A stretch of 63,616 nucleotides of DNA, counting the filler, from Hausera hauseri (lineage: Eukaryota): NCBI GenBank assembly GCA_046269625.1. It is 12 parts of 12 records of this genome, joined end to end, with 100 filler letters (N's around TTAATTAATTAA, not from the genome) between each part and the next. Parts side by side here need not be neighbours in the genome. Positions count along the whole stretch, not along the records: positions 34,720 to 39,931 come from JBJURY010306165.1; positions 40,032 to 44,090 come from JBJURY010787646.1; positions 44,191 to 54,676 come from JBJURY010177750.1; 9 more parts are not named here. One strand, 5' to 3'. Positions 37,550 through 50,646 of this stretch are shown here, piece after piece; the stretch's first letter is position 1; every line of letters begins with the position of its first letter. Under the pieces are notes generated by a model. The model saw only the letters and a program-made list of their open reading frames with translations, did no database searches and was not told where the DNA came from. Made by a program: the position numbers and the translations under genes.

Positions 37550-39199
37550 TTTGATCGGCATTTCTGAATTGTCATCATGACATCTCTAGGCTTAACTGCT
37601 CCGCGATAGTTCATAACAATCGATATGAATTTCCTTTTATTTAAGTCGGGTTTAGTCATTTGGTGATCTTTTGAGGAGACACTTTTTATAAGTTGTTCGA
37701 CCTATGGACTGGCACGCGTAAATTGTTTTTCGTGCAGAAGTGGAGAATGTCTCATTATTGTGTGGTGTATCCTTGGATACGATATTGAATTTGTATGTAC
37801 TTCTTTCAAACCAGAATTCGTCGTTGTTTCAAATCGCGCAGATGCTGTAGATGAGCTAATCATTAGAGACATTATTCGATTGAAACTAGAATAATATGGT
37901 AAATTCCTGAACAATAGATATTTACAAACGTCATAAAGAGCTTCATTCTTAAAAGGTATAGACNNNNNNNNNNGTATAGACAAATCACGCGTACCTAGTG
38001 TTGTATGACTATGGAATACGCTATTGTATGCTTTAACAATCGCCGTAGACATTATCGGGCTGGGTAATAATGCCAATTGTATTCGGTCTGTTTTGGGGTA
38101 ATCAACGGCTAATTGCAGCATTATTAACACACCAACTCTAGACCCCGTACCACCATCCATATTGCTAATGACGATAAATGCATCCAAATTATTCGTCATT
38201 TCAGCTAGTTTAAATATCGGCGGTGGAAACAATCTTATTAATCGTACACCAGAATTGAGACTTCGTCGAGCAAAATTGTTACCAGAATCTTCACAGTTAG
38301 TAATCATCGACTCTCCACTAGAAATATTTCTACATGCACCAGTCTTAACATTATTTATGCATGTGGGCTCTGAATCGACACGTATCGCTCTTGGATTCAA
38401 CTTACAGTGGTTTATTGTTTGGGATAATACTGTCGTTCAATCAGGTTCTTCAGCTAAATCATTATCTGTTAATATTTTTAGTCCATGTGGATCAATAGTG
38501 TGTTCAAGACATAATGATTTCCACAGTGCACTGGCGCACTGCACACCAAACCGACCGATATATATAAAAACGACTTTAGACGGCATGCATTTATAAAGCA
38601 ATGGTTGTGTAATGACAGTTGAAGGAAATGTTACCTGGCACCAAGTGTGTATCCTTCGACCACCAATTTCGCAGCGTTCTGGACTCAACGAAGCAATGGC
38701 TGCCAATAAATCGTAATTAATCACCGGTGAAGCTTCCAATTTTGGTTGCCAATCATCCTGCGGAGATGCCGGTAGTGAAATTAGAAATTGCTTTTCTTTT
38801 TTAGGCAACTCCATATAATCTATTGGCTGGGTTCGGTTAGCAAACATACATTGCATCGATTCTTTTGGATCACCCTCTGACGATGGAATTGAATATTTCG
38901 GGAAAACATCATTTGCTTTTATGCAAGCCAACAAGGCAGCTGCACTTGATTTCAATAGAACTTGAACTCCACAAAAACCTGGTAGGTAAATAAATTTAGC
39001 TTCTTTGTCAAACTCTGAAAAGATTTTCCAACTTTAATTTGTATGTAATGTCATCATGAATTCGTTTAGGCATGTTTAATACAATCAGTGAATTTGGAAT
39101 AGCTTGTAACGTGTCGGTTCCCTCTACAACGTCTTCAAGCGTGTATGTTGATCCTTCACGCATAAGACTTTGATGGATTTTACGTGAGTCTTTTAACAT
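37550..39199 (-). pseudogene. Highly divergent alpha-tubulin-like gene with about 200-aa N-terminal extension, disrupted and truncated by the gypsy element
   Basis: From 38586: KVVFIYIGRFGVQCASALWKSLCLEHTIDPHG, PRAIRVDSEPT, EDSGNNFAR, DGGTGS, LAVDYPK, STAIVKAYNSV..HTTL, NEALYDVC, SSTASARF, SYPRIH, YRGAVKPRDV. Colinear with alpha-tubulin to about residue 335. In-frame stops at 38437-38439 and 37702-37704; frameshift near 39010. Confidence 0.82.
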
Positions 39200-39716
39200 A
39201 TTCGAGATACAAATGATATTAGGAAAACGTTTAATAAACGATTCTGCAATTAGTTGAATAAATCACTTGAATAATTTTCACTAAATATTTGAAAAACTTC
39301 TGACACCAATTTATTATTTATCTGGTCGATGAATATCCGAATGTATCTATGATATAAATTCCAAAAAGTAGATTTGAAAACTGAAAGAACAAAATAATTG
39401 ATAAAATTCCAATTTCGAACACGATAAAACTAATCGGTAATATAAAGAAATTTCCAACTTTAAGATGGCTAATAAATTCAAAACTCAGTGTAAAGATTTA
39501 TTTCTTTTCTTATCAATAAAACAAATGTTATTTATATATACATATATAGCACAAAATCAAACATCAGATAAAATGTACTAAAGGTAATATTCAAGTAACT
39601 AGAAGTAGAGATTAAATACAAGTTTTCAATAGGTCTTACAAAAAAATCGATTGGTGAAATTATACAAAAGCACATTTCCAGATTCACGCATACATACATG
39701 CATACACACAAACAAA

Positions 39717-39923
39717 CTAGTATGGTTTGATGGAATTTGATTTTAATCTTTTCAGTTGGACTTTAAGACATTTTAAGCCTATTTGAAAGCCATTTAGGGC
39801 TTGGATTGCTGTTTGGGCACTAGCAGCACAGTTAAAGGTGACAAAACCGAAATATTTGCTTTGGTTAGTAGCTTTGTCTATGTACACTTTGGCGCTAGTG
39901 ATGACTCCAAAGGGATTGAACAT
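39717..39923 (-). CDS. CELF/Bruno-like RNA-binding protein, C-terminal RRM3 exon
   Basis: [30 protein letters not shown]...[21 protein letters not shown]...KPY* matches the CELF3-6 C-terminus. Confidence 0.88.
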   Translation of the reverse strand: MFNPFGVITSAKVYIDKATNQSKYFGFVTFNCAASAQTAIQALNGFQIGLKCLKVQLKRLKSNSIKPY

Positions 39924-41419
39924 CTGTAATANNNNNNNNNNNNNNNNNNNNNNNNNNNNNNNNNNNNNNNNNNNNTTAATTAATTAANNNNNNNNNNNNN
40001 NNNNNNNNNNNNNNNNNNNNNNNNNNNNNNNAAAAAAAATCACTCATACAAAATGTTTGGATGCTAAACCTTTCATTCATCTCAATTTGTTAGACTGGGC
40101 CTTATTTATGTAACAGTGTACCATTATCTACACAATAATCAAGGCCATTTTTAAGAGGGTCACAAAATTTACTACTGACTATCCATCTGCTCTGACAGAA
40201 GACACAACACACCTTGCATTTTGAAAAGTATTCCTCCTCATGTACGATGCTGTTAAACATTCTTCCCACAGTCAATCGATTACCAAATCCATAAAACATA
40301 TAAACAAACCCTTTAACTTTGAGTTTCTTTATGTATTCATGGTGGTTAAGCCATTGACAGAGCAGTAATGTTATTGTATTCGGAAACTGTACTCTGTATT
40401 GGTAAGTACTCATACTTGATATGACAAAAGTGGTATTTGTGCATCCTTAGTTAAAATACTTGGTGCCCCATTTTTATACTCATTGCTATATTACACCCCA
40501 CAAACAGTCCTAATTCATTAAAATTTCAAATTTGCAACAGAACTTAACACATTATTGTATAGCAATAATAAGAAAGATGTGCAGATATAAAAGGTAAATT
40601 AAATTTTGTCGAAATACAAGCCATAACTGTAATATCACGATTTTATGAATCATAATGTAATGCAATTCGAACTTACCAGTTTCCTCATTAAACGGATTTG
40701 CGCGTAAAAAGGGAAGTTTTTGATAAATTAGTGTACTCTTTTTGACCAAAAGACCATGCAAGTTTCAATGTTTATCTTCCCCTCCTGATCTACTACTCCG
40801 TGCTTTGCAGGTGATTGACGTAACAGATGCAATGCAGATTCCAATGGGAAATGATGGAAAGACGAAACATGGCAGGAATGACTAAGCAACTCGGGAATGA
40901 AAAAATTCGCAACCTGAGAGAGAATTAAAAGAGAAAAATATGAACATAGATAAATAAAAGTAAATGAAAACCACTCAATTTAAACACGCCAGTGACACGT
41001 AAGACTATAAGAGGCTTAAGGTATTGTTGAAATGTTTATGTGAGAAAGCTTTCTTTTCTGGGAAGTCTTCCACAAACATCTGCCCACACCAGGCCAAGAG
41101 GAACAACTAAGCCGCCGCGCGTGTGTACTCACATGTGCGGTGCACGCGCTCACGCACAAGCATGACCCCTGACGAACCCGCGACACGGGCACAGGTAAGT
41201 GTTCGTGCACAAACACACCGCTCGCACAATCCCCCGGCCGCGCTCCGGCACATTGTCGCAGGGCCTCGTATATTCATTTTTCAATTTTATTTCCAAAAAG
41301 CGATTTATTTTTAGTTATCTTTCATTCAATCAAAATTGGGCCAATAAAAATCAGGTATATAGTGAAAAAGTATTACTCAAGTCATATTATTGCTCACACA
41401 CACACGCATAAGAATATAG

Positions 41420-41580
41420 CACTCAAATTGCAAAACCATTGCATAATGACAAAATATTGCACGTGCAAAACTATTGCATAATGACAAAAGTATTGCACAA
41501 GGACAAAACTATTGCAAAAATATATTGCACAAAATATTGCAAAAAAATATTGCAAATTACTGTTGCCAAAGTGCAATATT
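41420..41580. repeat. Array of (TA)TTGCA(A/C/T) motifs in imperfect short tandem units
   Basis: About ten ATTGCA cores, including two ATTGCATAATGACAAAA copies. Confidence 0.7.
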
Positions 41581-41596
41581 TTGTTGAACAAAATAT

Positions 41597-41704
41597 TTAA
41601 TATACCGCAACGTAATATATGTCATTAGTTAATATATCACATTTAAAATACCGCAACGTAGAATATATATTCTACGTTGCGGTATATTAAGAATAGTATA
41701 TAAA
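41597..41704 (+). promoter_or_regulatory. Perfect 38-bp palindrome, extra arm copy and TATA box
   Basis: ATACCGCAACGTAGAATAT|ATATTCTACGTTGCGGTAT at 41648-41685, third arm copy at 41602-41614, TATATAAA at 41697-41704, about 60 nt before ATG 41763. Confidence 0.7.
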
Positions 41705-41762
41705 GCAATCATTGTCATTATTTTGTCATTTACAATCGCACAAAATGCCAGGGAAATTTCAA

Positions 41763-42786
41763 ATGTCAGAGGCGACAAAACAACAATTGATTGTCGCAGC
41801 AAAGGAGCAGGAACATCAGCAACAGTTACCGGACAAACCCGAATATTGTCCAGTGGCCAGTCCGTTAAACAGTTTAATGGACCCACCAGTGGACGATTTC
41901 ATTCCGCTGTACCAACCGGAGGGTACAACTACCATGGAAGTAGTTGAGGCAGCAAAGGCAATTGGTTTGTTATTATTTATTTTGTATAACAATAATAAAT
42001 GTGTTTTTAGATTTGCCTGTTGATCTTGACCAGCTCCGGCTGGATATTCAATTATCATCTGATGATGACTTTGTAATGGATATGCAACCGGCAGCGGACA
42101 AACCGGTTGTCAACAAGCTGGTGACCAAAGCAGTCAAAAGGCCGCATCCAGATGTTGCTCATTCACGGATGAGCAAGCAGCGCAAGCTGCAATTGGAGCA
42201 GGCCACTGGAAAAGCCCGCAATACAATGGAGCGGCGCGACGTTGCCGACAAATTATTCCGTAAATGGGACGCGGAATATGAACGTCGCAAGAGAAGGCGG
42301 GACAAAGTGTCACTGGATGACCCGAAGGATCCGAAGTGGCACCGCAATCTGGACAAGCGGTTCGAAATCCGCACGAAAGACACGAAGAAAAGCAGTGTCA
42401 GAGATGAGGAGGCCAGGAGGAAACAAAAGGAGATTGACCGGCTTCAGATGCAGATTCAGCATCTGCAAGGCCGGATTGAGGAGCAGGCGAAAATCATTTT
42501 TCGCCTGCGGAAAGATAAAGTGCTGAGAAATATCAGCACTCAAACAGATCAGTTGCCAGTCCCAGCCCCAGTGTCAGTCCCCATGGCAGTCCCAGTATCA
42601 GTCCCAGTGTCCATAGCAGTTGTTCCGGTTGCTGCTGATGCTGTCTCCGCTGTTGTCTGTACTGCCGATGCTGCAGTACAGCTGGATATCCCCGATCAGA
42701 TGGATGGGGAAACGCAGACTGAACAACAACAGTCTGCGTATAATAGTAAGATCGTCTATAAGACGTATAATTACTATTATAAATAA
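41763..42786 (+). CDS. Orphan two-exon protein (325 aa; acidic N-terminus, basic region, coiled coil, V/P/A-rich tail)
   Basis: Exon 41763-41964, 46-nt AT-rich GT-AG intron 41965-42010 and exon 42011-42786 join in frame (AI G|AT L). AATAAA overlaps the stop. Confidence 0.7.
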
Positions 42787-42998
42787 AAACTAAATGTTGG
42801 AGCATGAAAAACCGGTCCTCTTTAGGACCACAATTTTTGATTGATTTTGTCTTTGAGTTTTATTTGTCTTTGCGTTTTATTTGAGTTTTATTTGTCTTAG
42901 TGTTTTTTGAGTTAAATGTGTTTTAATAAAATTTCACAACATATTTGACAAATGTGTTAAAAATAAGACAAACAATTTAACACCAAAATTTATTAAAT

Positions 42999-43346
42999 TT
43001 ACATAACATATCGCAAACTTCCAACTCTGCATCCAATTTTCGTATCCAACTTATTGCACTGTCCTACATCATTTGTCTCCATAGTCATTACAATTTCTTC
43101 AATATCCAAATCATAATAAGCATATAATATCTTCATACCGCTGAAATAACGTTTATTTAAAACGATTTGATAGTTTTGGTTATGTTCCCACATGCATATT
43201 TTGAGATATATCGTAATGCCAAAATCTGACATTGTCCAACGGATTAATTTCAGTGCTTCCCCAATAATAATATCTAGGCTAATGATAGGAAATCTGAATT
43301 TACCATCATTTAAATTTCTGTTAATGTCTTGGATCATTTTTGTCAC
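42999..43346 (-). CDS. Hypothetical protein convergent with 41763-42786 (5' end probably lost at a chimeric junction)
   Basis: 115-codon open frame in very AT-rich DNA, followed by AATAAA on the minus strand. No family recognised. Confidence 0.35.
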   Translation of the reverse strand: MTKMIQDINRNLNDGKFRFPIISLDIIIGEALKLIRWTMSDFGITIYLKICMWEHNQNYQIVLNKRYFSGMKILYAYYDLDIEEIVMTMETNDVGQCNKLDTKIGCRVGSLRYVM

Positions 43347-43370
43347 TGTTGTTAGTTTAAGTTTGATTAA

Positions 43371-43724
<354 letters not shown>

Positions 43725-44190
43725 TGACAATTTTCATTGTATATCAACAACCTGAATACTCAACCACCAAGACACTCACCAACCGCCTATCATTGGAAAC
43801 AACACACTTAGTCATGGAGGTATTAGTAGGTCTTGCTCACTAATATCCCTAAAGGTAAAATTCTTTTACGACAGGTACATGATGATGATGCCTAGACATA
43901 ACACGCCACCACAACCCCACACCACACAACACCCACCCTCTGACCTCTATACCCTACTGTTTCTAACACCCCAGTCCTGCTACACCTATACATAAGAAAC
44001 CCACCTTTGCTCACTTGATGATGATGATGCCTTATCTGCTTCATATATCTACACCCTGAATAACCACCAAGATGCTAAAAGAACATGGAGNNNNNNNNNN
44101 NNNNNNNNNNNNNNNNNNNNNNNNNNNNNNNNNNTTAATTAATTAANNNNNNNNNNNNNNNNNNNNNNNNNNNNNNNNNNNNNNNNNNNN

Positions 44191-44800
44191 CCAACCGCCA
44201 CTTCCCGCACAAAGGCAAAGCTTCCACGGACCTTGCCGAATGGCGAACGACCCACCGATCGAATGGCTGATCAGGGTTTCACGGTTTGAAGTCGCCCTGC
44301 CCTGAAATACAGGTAGCAAACTGTAGCCGTCTTCCCCGCCGACAGATTGTTTTTCCTGTCCGGTAACTGCTTCCAGCGTTGCATAGATATCGGTCAAGCA
44401 CGTCATGGCGTCCGTTTTCATTCCGCCGGCGATCTTGCCGGGCCAGCGGACCATGGCCGGTACCCGCCAACCCCCCTCCCAGTTGGTGTTCTTCTCGCCG
44501 AAGAACGGCGTCGCGGCGGCATCCGGCCAGGTGTTGTAGTGGGGGCCGTTGTCGGTGCTGTAGAAGACGATCGTGTCGTCGGCGATCCCGAGCTCGTCCA
44601 GCACGTCGAGGAACATCCCGATGTGCATGTCGTGCTCGATCATGCCGCACTGATACTCGTCGGCACCGGCGACCGCCTCCTTGCAGGCCGCCATCTTCTC
44701 GTCGCTGACGTGCGTGCGGAAGTGCATGCGCGTGCCGCTCCACCAGACGAAGAAGGGCTTGCCGGCCTTGTGCGCCCGGTCCACGGCGGTGAGGATCTGG
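44191..44800 (-). CDS. Bacterial arylsulfatase fragment(s), GC-rich, fused to AT-rich DNA
   Basis: KPFFVWW..RMH, DDTIVFYSTDNGP, GEKNTNWEGGWRVPAMVRWPGKI, DGYSLLP, AIRQGPWKL..GSGGW. Abrupt GC drop near 44800. Confidence 0.88.
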
Positions 44801-45899
44801 AAGGGTTTAAAGCTTACCCCGTCTTCAAGGAGATTGAGAACCATCTGCTGCAGGTTTTTATTGGTTTTGTGTATTTTTCTACATAGAAAATTGAAATTAA
44901 GTTCGTCAAAATTAGCGGTGTAAATCTTTAATGTCGTCTTTTTATTTCGTTTATAACTTATTCGCACGGCTACGTGGCGTATACGTTTTTTATTTCTAAT
45001 GGAGAATTACTGATACAAGCAGTGAATTACACACTACTATCAAATCTATCAGTAGTAGTAAAATATGAAGTGTTTGGTAATATTTTTATAAATTTGTCAG
45101 TAATACAAATTTTTCCCATTGATTTTCGAATTTTATTAATATTTGTTGCTCTCGTCTGTTAAATATTCGTGTTCGTTTATCAATCATTTCTCATTATGTA
45201 TTTGAATGTGTCGCTAATTAAATTCTCAAATGATGTTTGATTTTCATTGATAAACTGAAAGAAAACGTCAGATTTTTTATAGAAATATTTTGGTTGCAGG
45301 TTTTAATGTGTTGCGTTCGGGCTATTTAAACTGGATATTCGTTCAATGTTGATCGCTGTAGGAATTTGTGTACCAATGTATTACAAATTATGATTTTGAC
45401 CTAAGTTACCTTACAAAGCGATGTTCAGGTGCTGAAAAGGTAACAATATTTCGCACTTGTTAAATATCTTGCGTTGTTGAAGTTTTAGTTATATCTAGTG
45501 GAACGGCCGGTTGATTTAATCAAGAATGGCAGACCATGATTAAGTTTTTGTTTAATTTTCATCATTTGAATAATTATTTATAAACTGAGACAGCGTAGAT
45601 GAAATTTCGCTCGAGTGCTCGATAGGTTTTGTGTGTTAATAGTTTAACGACGAAATGTGACCACAAGGGAGTTGTGCATAATGCAAATTCCGTAGTAGGT
45701 CAACGACTTTGAAACAACTTGCCAACTGTGTCAAACCGAGAATTGTTGGGTGTCTCAACGAGCTTCGAATGCTCCATGGCATTTTACACTCGACAGTACA
45801 TGGGAAACATGTTTTTCCGTAAATTGTTTTAAGGAATGGTGTTTGCCGATTTTGCACTTGCTTTAAGTTGTATTGCGCGTTGCCTGGTTGCATGCAGTG

Positions 45900-48800
45900 T
45901 ACTCCTTACCTATTAAAAACGGCATGAGCGAGTGTCGGTTCTGGCACTGGATTTGATTCCCACTTGTTTTGGTGCGGCGTTTGCGCTGCATGTAACCAAG
46001 CATTTGCTTTTTGGTTACTGTAGGGTTTCAATGAAGTCGGGGTATCTTGGATGCGCTCCTAATGCGACTCGATACCGGTGCTGCAGGGGTTTGGTTGCGT
46101 ATTATCGTACGTTCCGTTTCTGGAAGCACGAGCGTTGGGGTAATATGTATTTCAGTTTGGACCGGGGTTGGGTCATATGCTACGGACGTGTCCATATTGA
46201 ATGGGTCAATTTTCTCGTAGTTTTTTCGACGCTTGTCTGCTTCTGATACGCTGAGTACGTCTTGTTAGATAGGATCTTCCGTATCGGAATTATGATAGCC
46301 GAATGCTGGCTTTATGTTCGACAAGTAGACTATATGTTCATCATTGTCGCGTAATATTTTGGCGTTGTGCTCAGTAATTTCTATGAGCTTTTAGGGGCCC
46401 GTGTTTTATGATTCAAAACCGTGTCTTTGTTGGTTTTTGAGATATACAAAGGACGCATCTTGTATCTTCTTTGGCATGACTGGTTTTTTGTGATTATCGC
46501 GGAATGCAGGTTTTGTGTCTCTATTGACAGGAAATGCTTCCGAGCTACGTTGAGAGCAGGAATGGAAGTTACTTCCTCGTTGTCCACCAGATCTTGCGGG
46601 AATGTAAGGTAAGCACCGAATAATAGTTGTGCCGGAGAGGTATCAGTGCTAGTGTTAGGAGTGTTTCTCCACCCTAATAGAACCATGGGTAATGCGTCTA
46701 ACCAGTTCTTGTTATAGTGGCATAGGATTCGTAGGGATGATTTGAGTGTACGATGAAATCGTTTAATCAAGCCATTCGCCTGCGGGTGGTAGGGTGATGT
46801 ATGTATGCTCTTTGAACCAAGCGACTTGGTTAATTGGTTAAACATGGCTGATTCGAATAGGGTATCTTGATTTGTTATAATGGTTTTAGGTACTCTGAAC
46901 CGAGAAATCCACGTATTTAGCAATACAGCCACAACGCTTTGCATTGTTATTTGGCAAATTTGAATGGCTTATGGCCATCTTGTTTTCCGGTCGAGAATAG
47001 TTAGGATGTACGTCTATCCGTTACATTCTGGAAGTGGTCCTACTATGTCCATATGGATGGTTTCAAACCGTGAGCCAGTAAAATTGGTGGTTGTATGGTC
47101 TTGTTGACTTCATACTGTTGGCAAAGTGAACATTCTTTTGTCCACCGCTTTATGTCGCTTATGATGCGAGGCCAGCAAACTCTACTGCTTAATAGGCGAG
47201 CTGTGGCTTTTGATCCAGGGTGATGGATATTGTGAATGGTGTCAAATGCCTGTTTCCGCAGGTTTGCTGCCGGAATTGGGCATGGACAACCATTGAGGAT
47301 GGTACTGTAGTGAATTCCATCCTTTTTGTCGACTATTTTGAAGAACGTAACATTGTCTTTATGTGGAGGGTTCGATCGGAGAACCTCTGCAGTGAAAATT
47401 GGGTCAAAGGATATTGTCGATATCCCATTTATGGAAAAGAAATCAGCAACTGTTATCTTTTCCTGTTATGTGTTCTATCTAGAATGATAACTTCGACAGA
47501 AATGAGACGTGTCGCTCTTGACGAGGCGATGGGTTTTTCATGCTAATCATGTGAATGAGTGGTTTGTGATTCGTGCGGATTGTGAATACATTTCCTTCGA
47601 GGAAATGTCTGAAGTGTTTGACACTGAGAACTATGGCTAGTAATTCTCGGTCGAAAGTTGAATAGCGTTGCTCAGCCGAATTGAATTTGTGGGAAAAGAA
47701 TTCAATTTAAGCATTTTTGTCCATGATTGACTTGCAAGCAGGGCACCTGCAGCGATGGTGGATGCATCTGTTGTGAAAATTAACGGTTATTATCGTTTAG
47801 GATAGTGTAGTGTAGGTATGTGAAGAAGCGCCGTTTTTGCATTGACAGATGCCTGTTCAACTTCATCCGTCCAGTTTACCTGGAATTTCTTGGGTCCTTG
47901 GCTTAGAGCAGATAGAGGTGACAGGATTTCCTAGCAGTGCGGAATGTAGCGATGGCAGAAATTGATCGTACCAAGGAAGCTGCGAAGTCCAGTCACTGTA
48001 GATGGTTTCGGTATTTGTTTGATGGTTTCCAGTCGCTCAGGAAATGGACTATGACCATGTGGTGTTAACCGAAGTCCGAGAAATACGGCTTCAGTTTTAA
48101 AGAATGAACATTTGTTTATGTATAACTGTAGGTTGTTTTCATTCAACCTATGAAACTCATGTTCGAAATGTGTCTTGTGAGTCGCTTTGTCAGATGATGA
48201 AATCAATAAGTCATCTATATATGGGATTGTGTAAGGCATGTCGATGAGGATTTGGTCTATGTGGCGTTGGAATGTTTGACTTGAATTCCGTAAGCCAAAT
48301 GGCATGCGCAGATATTCAAACAAGCCAAAAGGCGTTATTACGGCCGTTTTGAAATATCCTTGGTAGCCACTGAAATCTGGTGGTATGCCATCTCCAGATC
48401 GATTGTGCTGAATATTGCGGCACCATGTAGGCGATACAATATGTCGGTTACCAATAGTGTTGGATATGAATCGTGGATGGTGACATTCTTTAACATTCTA
48501 TAGTCATCACCAGGCCGGTATGAACCATCCTTTTTGAGAACCATGTACAATGGTGATGCCCATGGTAATGTTGCCGAATTTGTCGGTCACATGATGTGAC
48601 GAGAAAGTGTGATGTTTTCACCTCGTTCTGTGTTGGTTGTGTTGAGAGTTTCAACAAATTAGGGTATTGCGCTTGAAGCAATGGTGCGATGTCAATGGGA
48701 TTTGCGATTTTTATACCCGTGACTGTGTTTATGGTTAGCGTGAATGCGGGTGGAGGTAATGGATTGCTCCCACTGGTGAGTTGTTGATTTCAGCAATCAA

Positions 48801-50646
48801 ATGTCAGATCGTAGTAATCTATAAAATCAGAACCAAGGATTGGTTGCATGACATCGGCCTATATGAATGACCAAGCGTATTGTCGGCTTTGTAGATGAAA
48901 TTGTAGGTACAGTGTACCTGTGGTTGCTATTCATGTGCCATTGGCAGCTTTGAGCGATGCGTGTGAGACCAGCGTAGGTCTAGCATATTCGCTAGGTATC
49001 AGCAATAAAGTTGCACCAGTGTTGATTAGAAAATCGAGTGGTTTCGATATGTCAGAGTGTAGTGGCTCCGCCTTCAGAGTGAAAATAGCATCGACAATGC
49101 GTTCGCTATTTGTATACGGCAGTTGTGGTGGTGGGGTTTCCAGTCGACGTGCCGTTGGTCGTCTGGGCCCATTTAGTTTTTTGATGGATTGTGAAATTTG
49201 CAGCCGGGTCGACAGATTTTTGCATCTGGACCAAAATGATTGTTATAAATGCAAGTGTCTTGCATTTTTATATTTGCGGATGGTTTGTCGAATTGACAAC
49301 CATGGTAACATTTATAGGCGGATTCGCCAAATCGTTTGTGGAAATGGCAAATTTTGGAAAATTTGCCTTTCTTTCTCTTGGTGGATTGGTTTCGAGATGA
49401 CGGTTTTTCTCTTGCTGTCGGATTCTTGTGCGTTACAAGTGCCTGCAGTGTGGCAATAATTGTGTCCAGGTGATTTTGCAGGGTCGCTGTGACGGAGTTA
49501 ATGTTTTCCGCCAGTGCGGATACTACGGCGCCTTTAGTGCACTCATATATTTTGCCGGCTTTTGATGCTATATCGTCCAATGTCGTGTCGGGCGGAAATA
49601 GTACAAGGGCCGCTTGAATTTGGTTTGGCAAACTACTCAGGAAGTAGCGCCGTAGTATGTGATGGTTGCTGTGGAGGCCCAACTCAGCATTGCTGAAGTC
49701 TTAGCGTAACTTTTGAAGCAGAGCAGAAGGTTTTATATTCCCTGTCTGTCAATTGGTAAAAACCAGGTTGAATAGGTCTTGTTGGGATGGCAGATATGAT
49801 TTGCATATGGCTGCTTTCATTTTGTCAGACAACTCCTCATCTTACAGTAACGTGTCCAGATCCGTTATTGCTGCAAGTGTTGTTGGCTGCAGGTATTGTA
49901 TTAATGTTAAGGCCTTGTTTAGTTGACCGGTGATGCTGCATTGAATAGCCCTTGTTTCAAACACATGGAACCACTTCAATAGAGCTCTGCCCGAACTTAT
50001 GAAGAAGGTGGGACACGTTAATTTGGGAGGTTTGGCCGGTGCTTATGATATAGTTTCGGTTTTTTCGTAGTGCGTAATTGTGTCAACGCCTCCTTTCATT
50101 TTAGGTATTGCCAGCAGTGTCTCATTGTGTGTTGGGAAATAGTCCAAAATGGGATTATTCCATGGTCGCAAGATGCTTGCGTTATGTGAGAAAGAGTGGT
50201 CCGGATAGGAGCTCGCGAGTTGTTGTAGCATCGGTTTCACGGACATATTAGACGATAAACGATGTGCTCTCGTGTTGTGTAGGCCACGCATAAGAAGTTG
50301 GATTTCTCGCCGTGTCGTTGCTTTATCGGTTTTGTGCGTCGAGTTCGCGTTATCATCGTGCGTGTTAGTGCTAGTATAGTTTAGCACTTGTTCAGAATTG
50401 CTCATTGTGATTTTCTTGTTGATGGTCGTAGTATGGCGGGTCTCATGTCATCACATTTAGTCATGTGGGTATTTGTGGCCGGGTTGTTATCGACTGCATT
50501 AGTGAGTGTATTTACCGGATTCATTTCCATGGTGTTTCTGTAAGTTTGAGCCGGATTACTATCATCGGCTGTGTTTGTCGAAATGCCCGGACCAGTATGT
50601 ACGGTTCTGTGCGAAAGAGACGTGTGTGTGGTATTCGCTGCCACCA
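45900..50646 (-). mobile_element. Decayed near-full-length Ty3/gypsy internal region (PBS, gag, PR, RT, RNase H, INT)
   Basis: Gag FLSSLPNQIQAAL..CHFHKRFG..A.KC, PR FLINTGA, RT FEYLRMPFGLRNSSQTFQR..YIDD, RNase H TDAS..YSTFDRELLA, INT HMDIVGPLP..HPQANGLIKRFHRTLK. Confidence 0.9.
50636..50646 (-). promoter_or_regulatory. Primer-binding site TGGTGGCAGCG (tRNA-Leu type)
   Basis: Complement of the tRNA-Leu 3' end CGCUGCCACCA, at the 5' end of the gypsy internal region. Confidence 0.65.

Noticed and set aside
36952-37659. 235-aa ORF as a real gene
   Set aside because: Chance read-through from the tubulin-like tail (YRGAVKPRDV) into the gypsy 5' leader.
44191-44800. Horizontal transfer of a bacterial sulfatase into the animal genome
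   Set aside because: Partial gene at a contig edge, unameliorated GC and an internal subtype switch. Assembly chimera is simpler.
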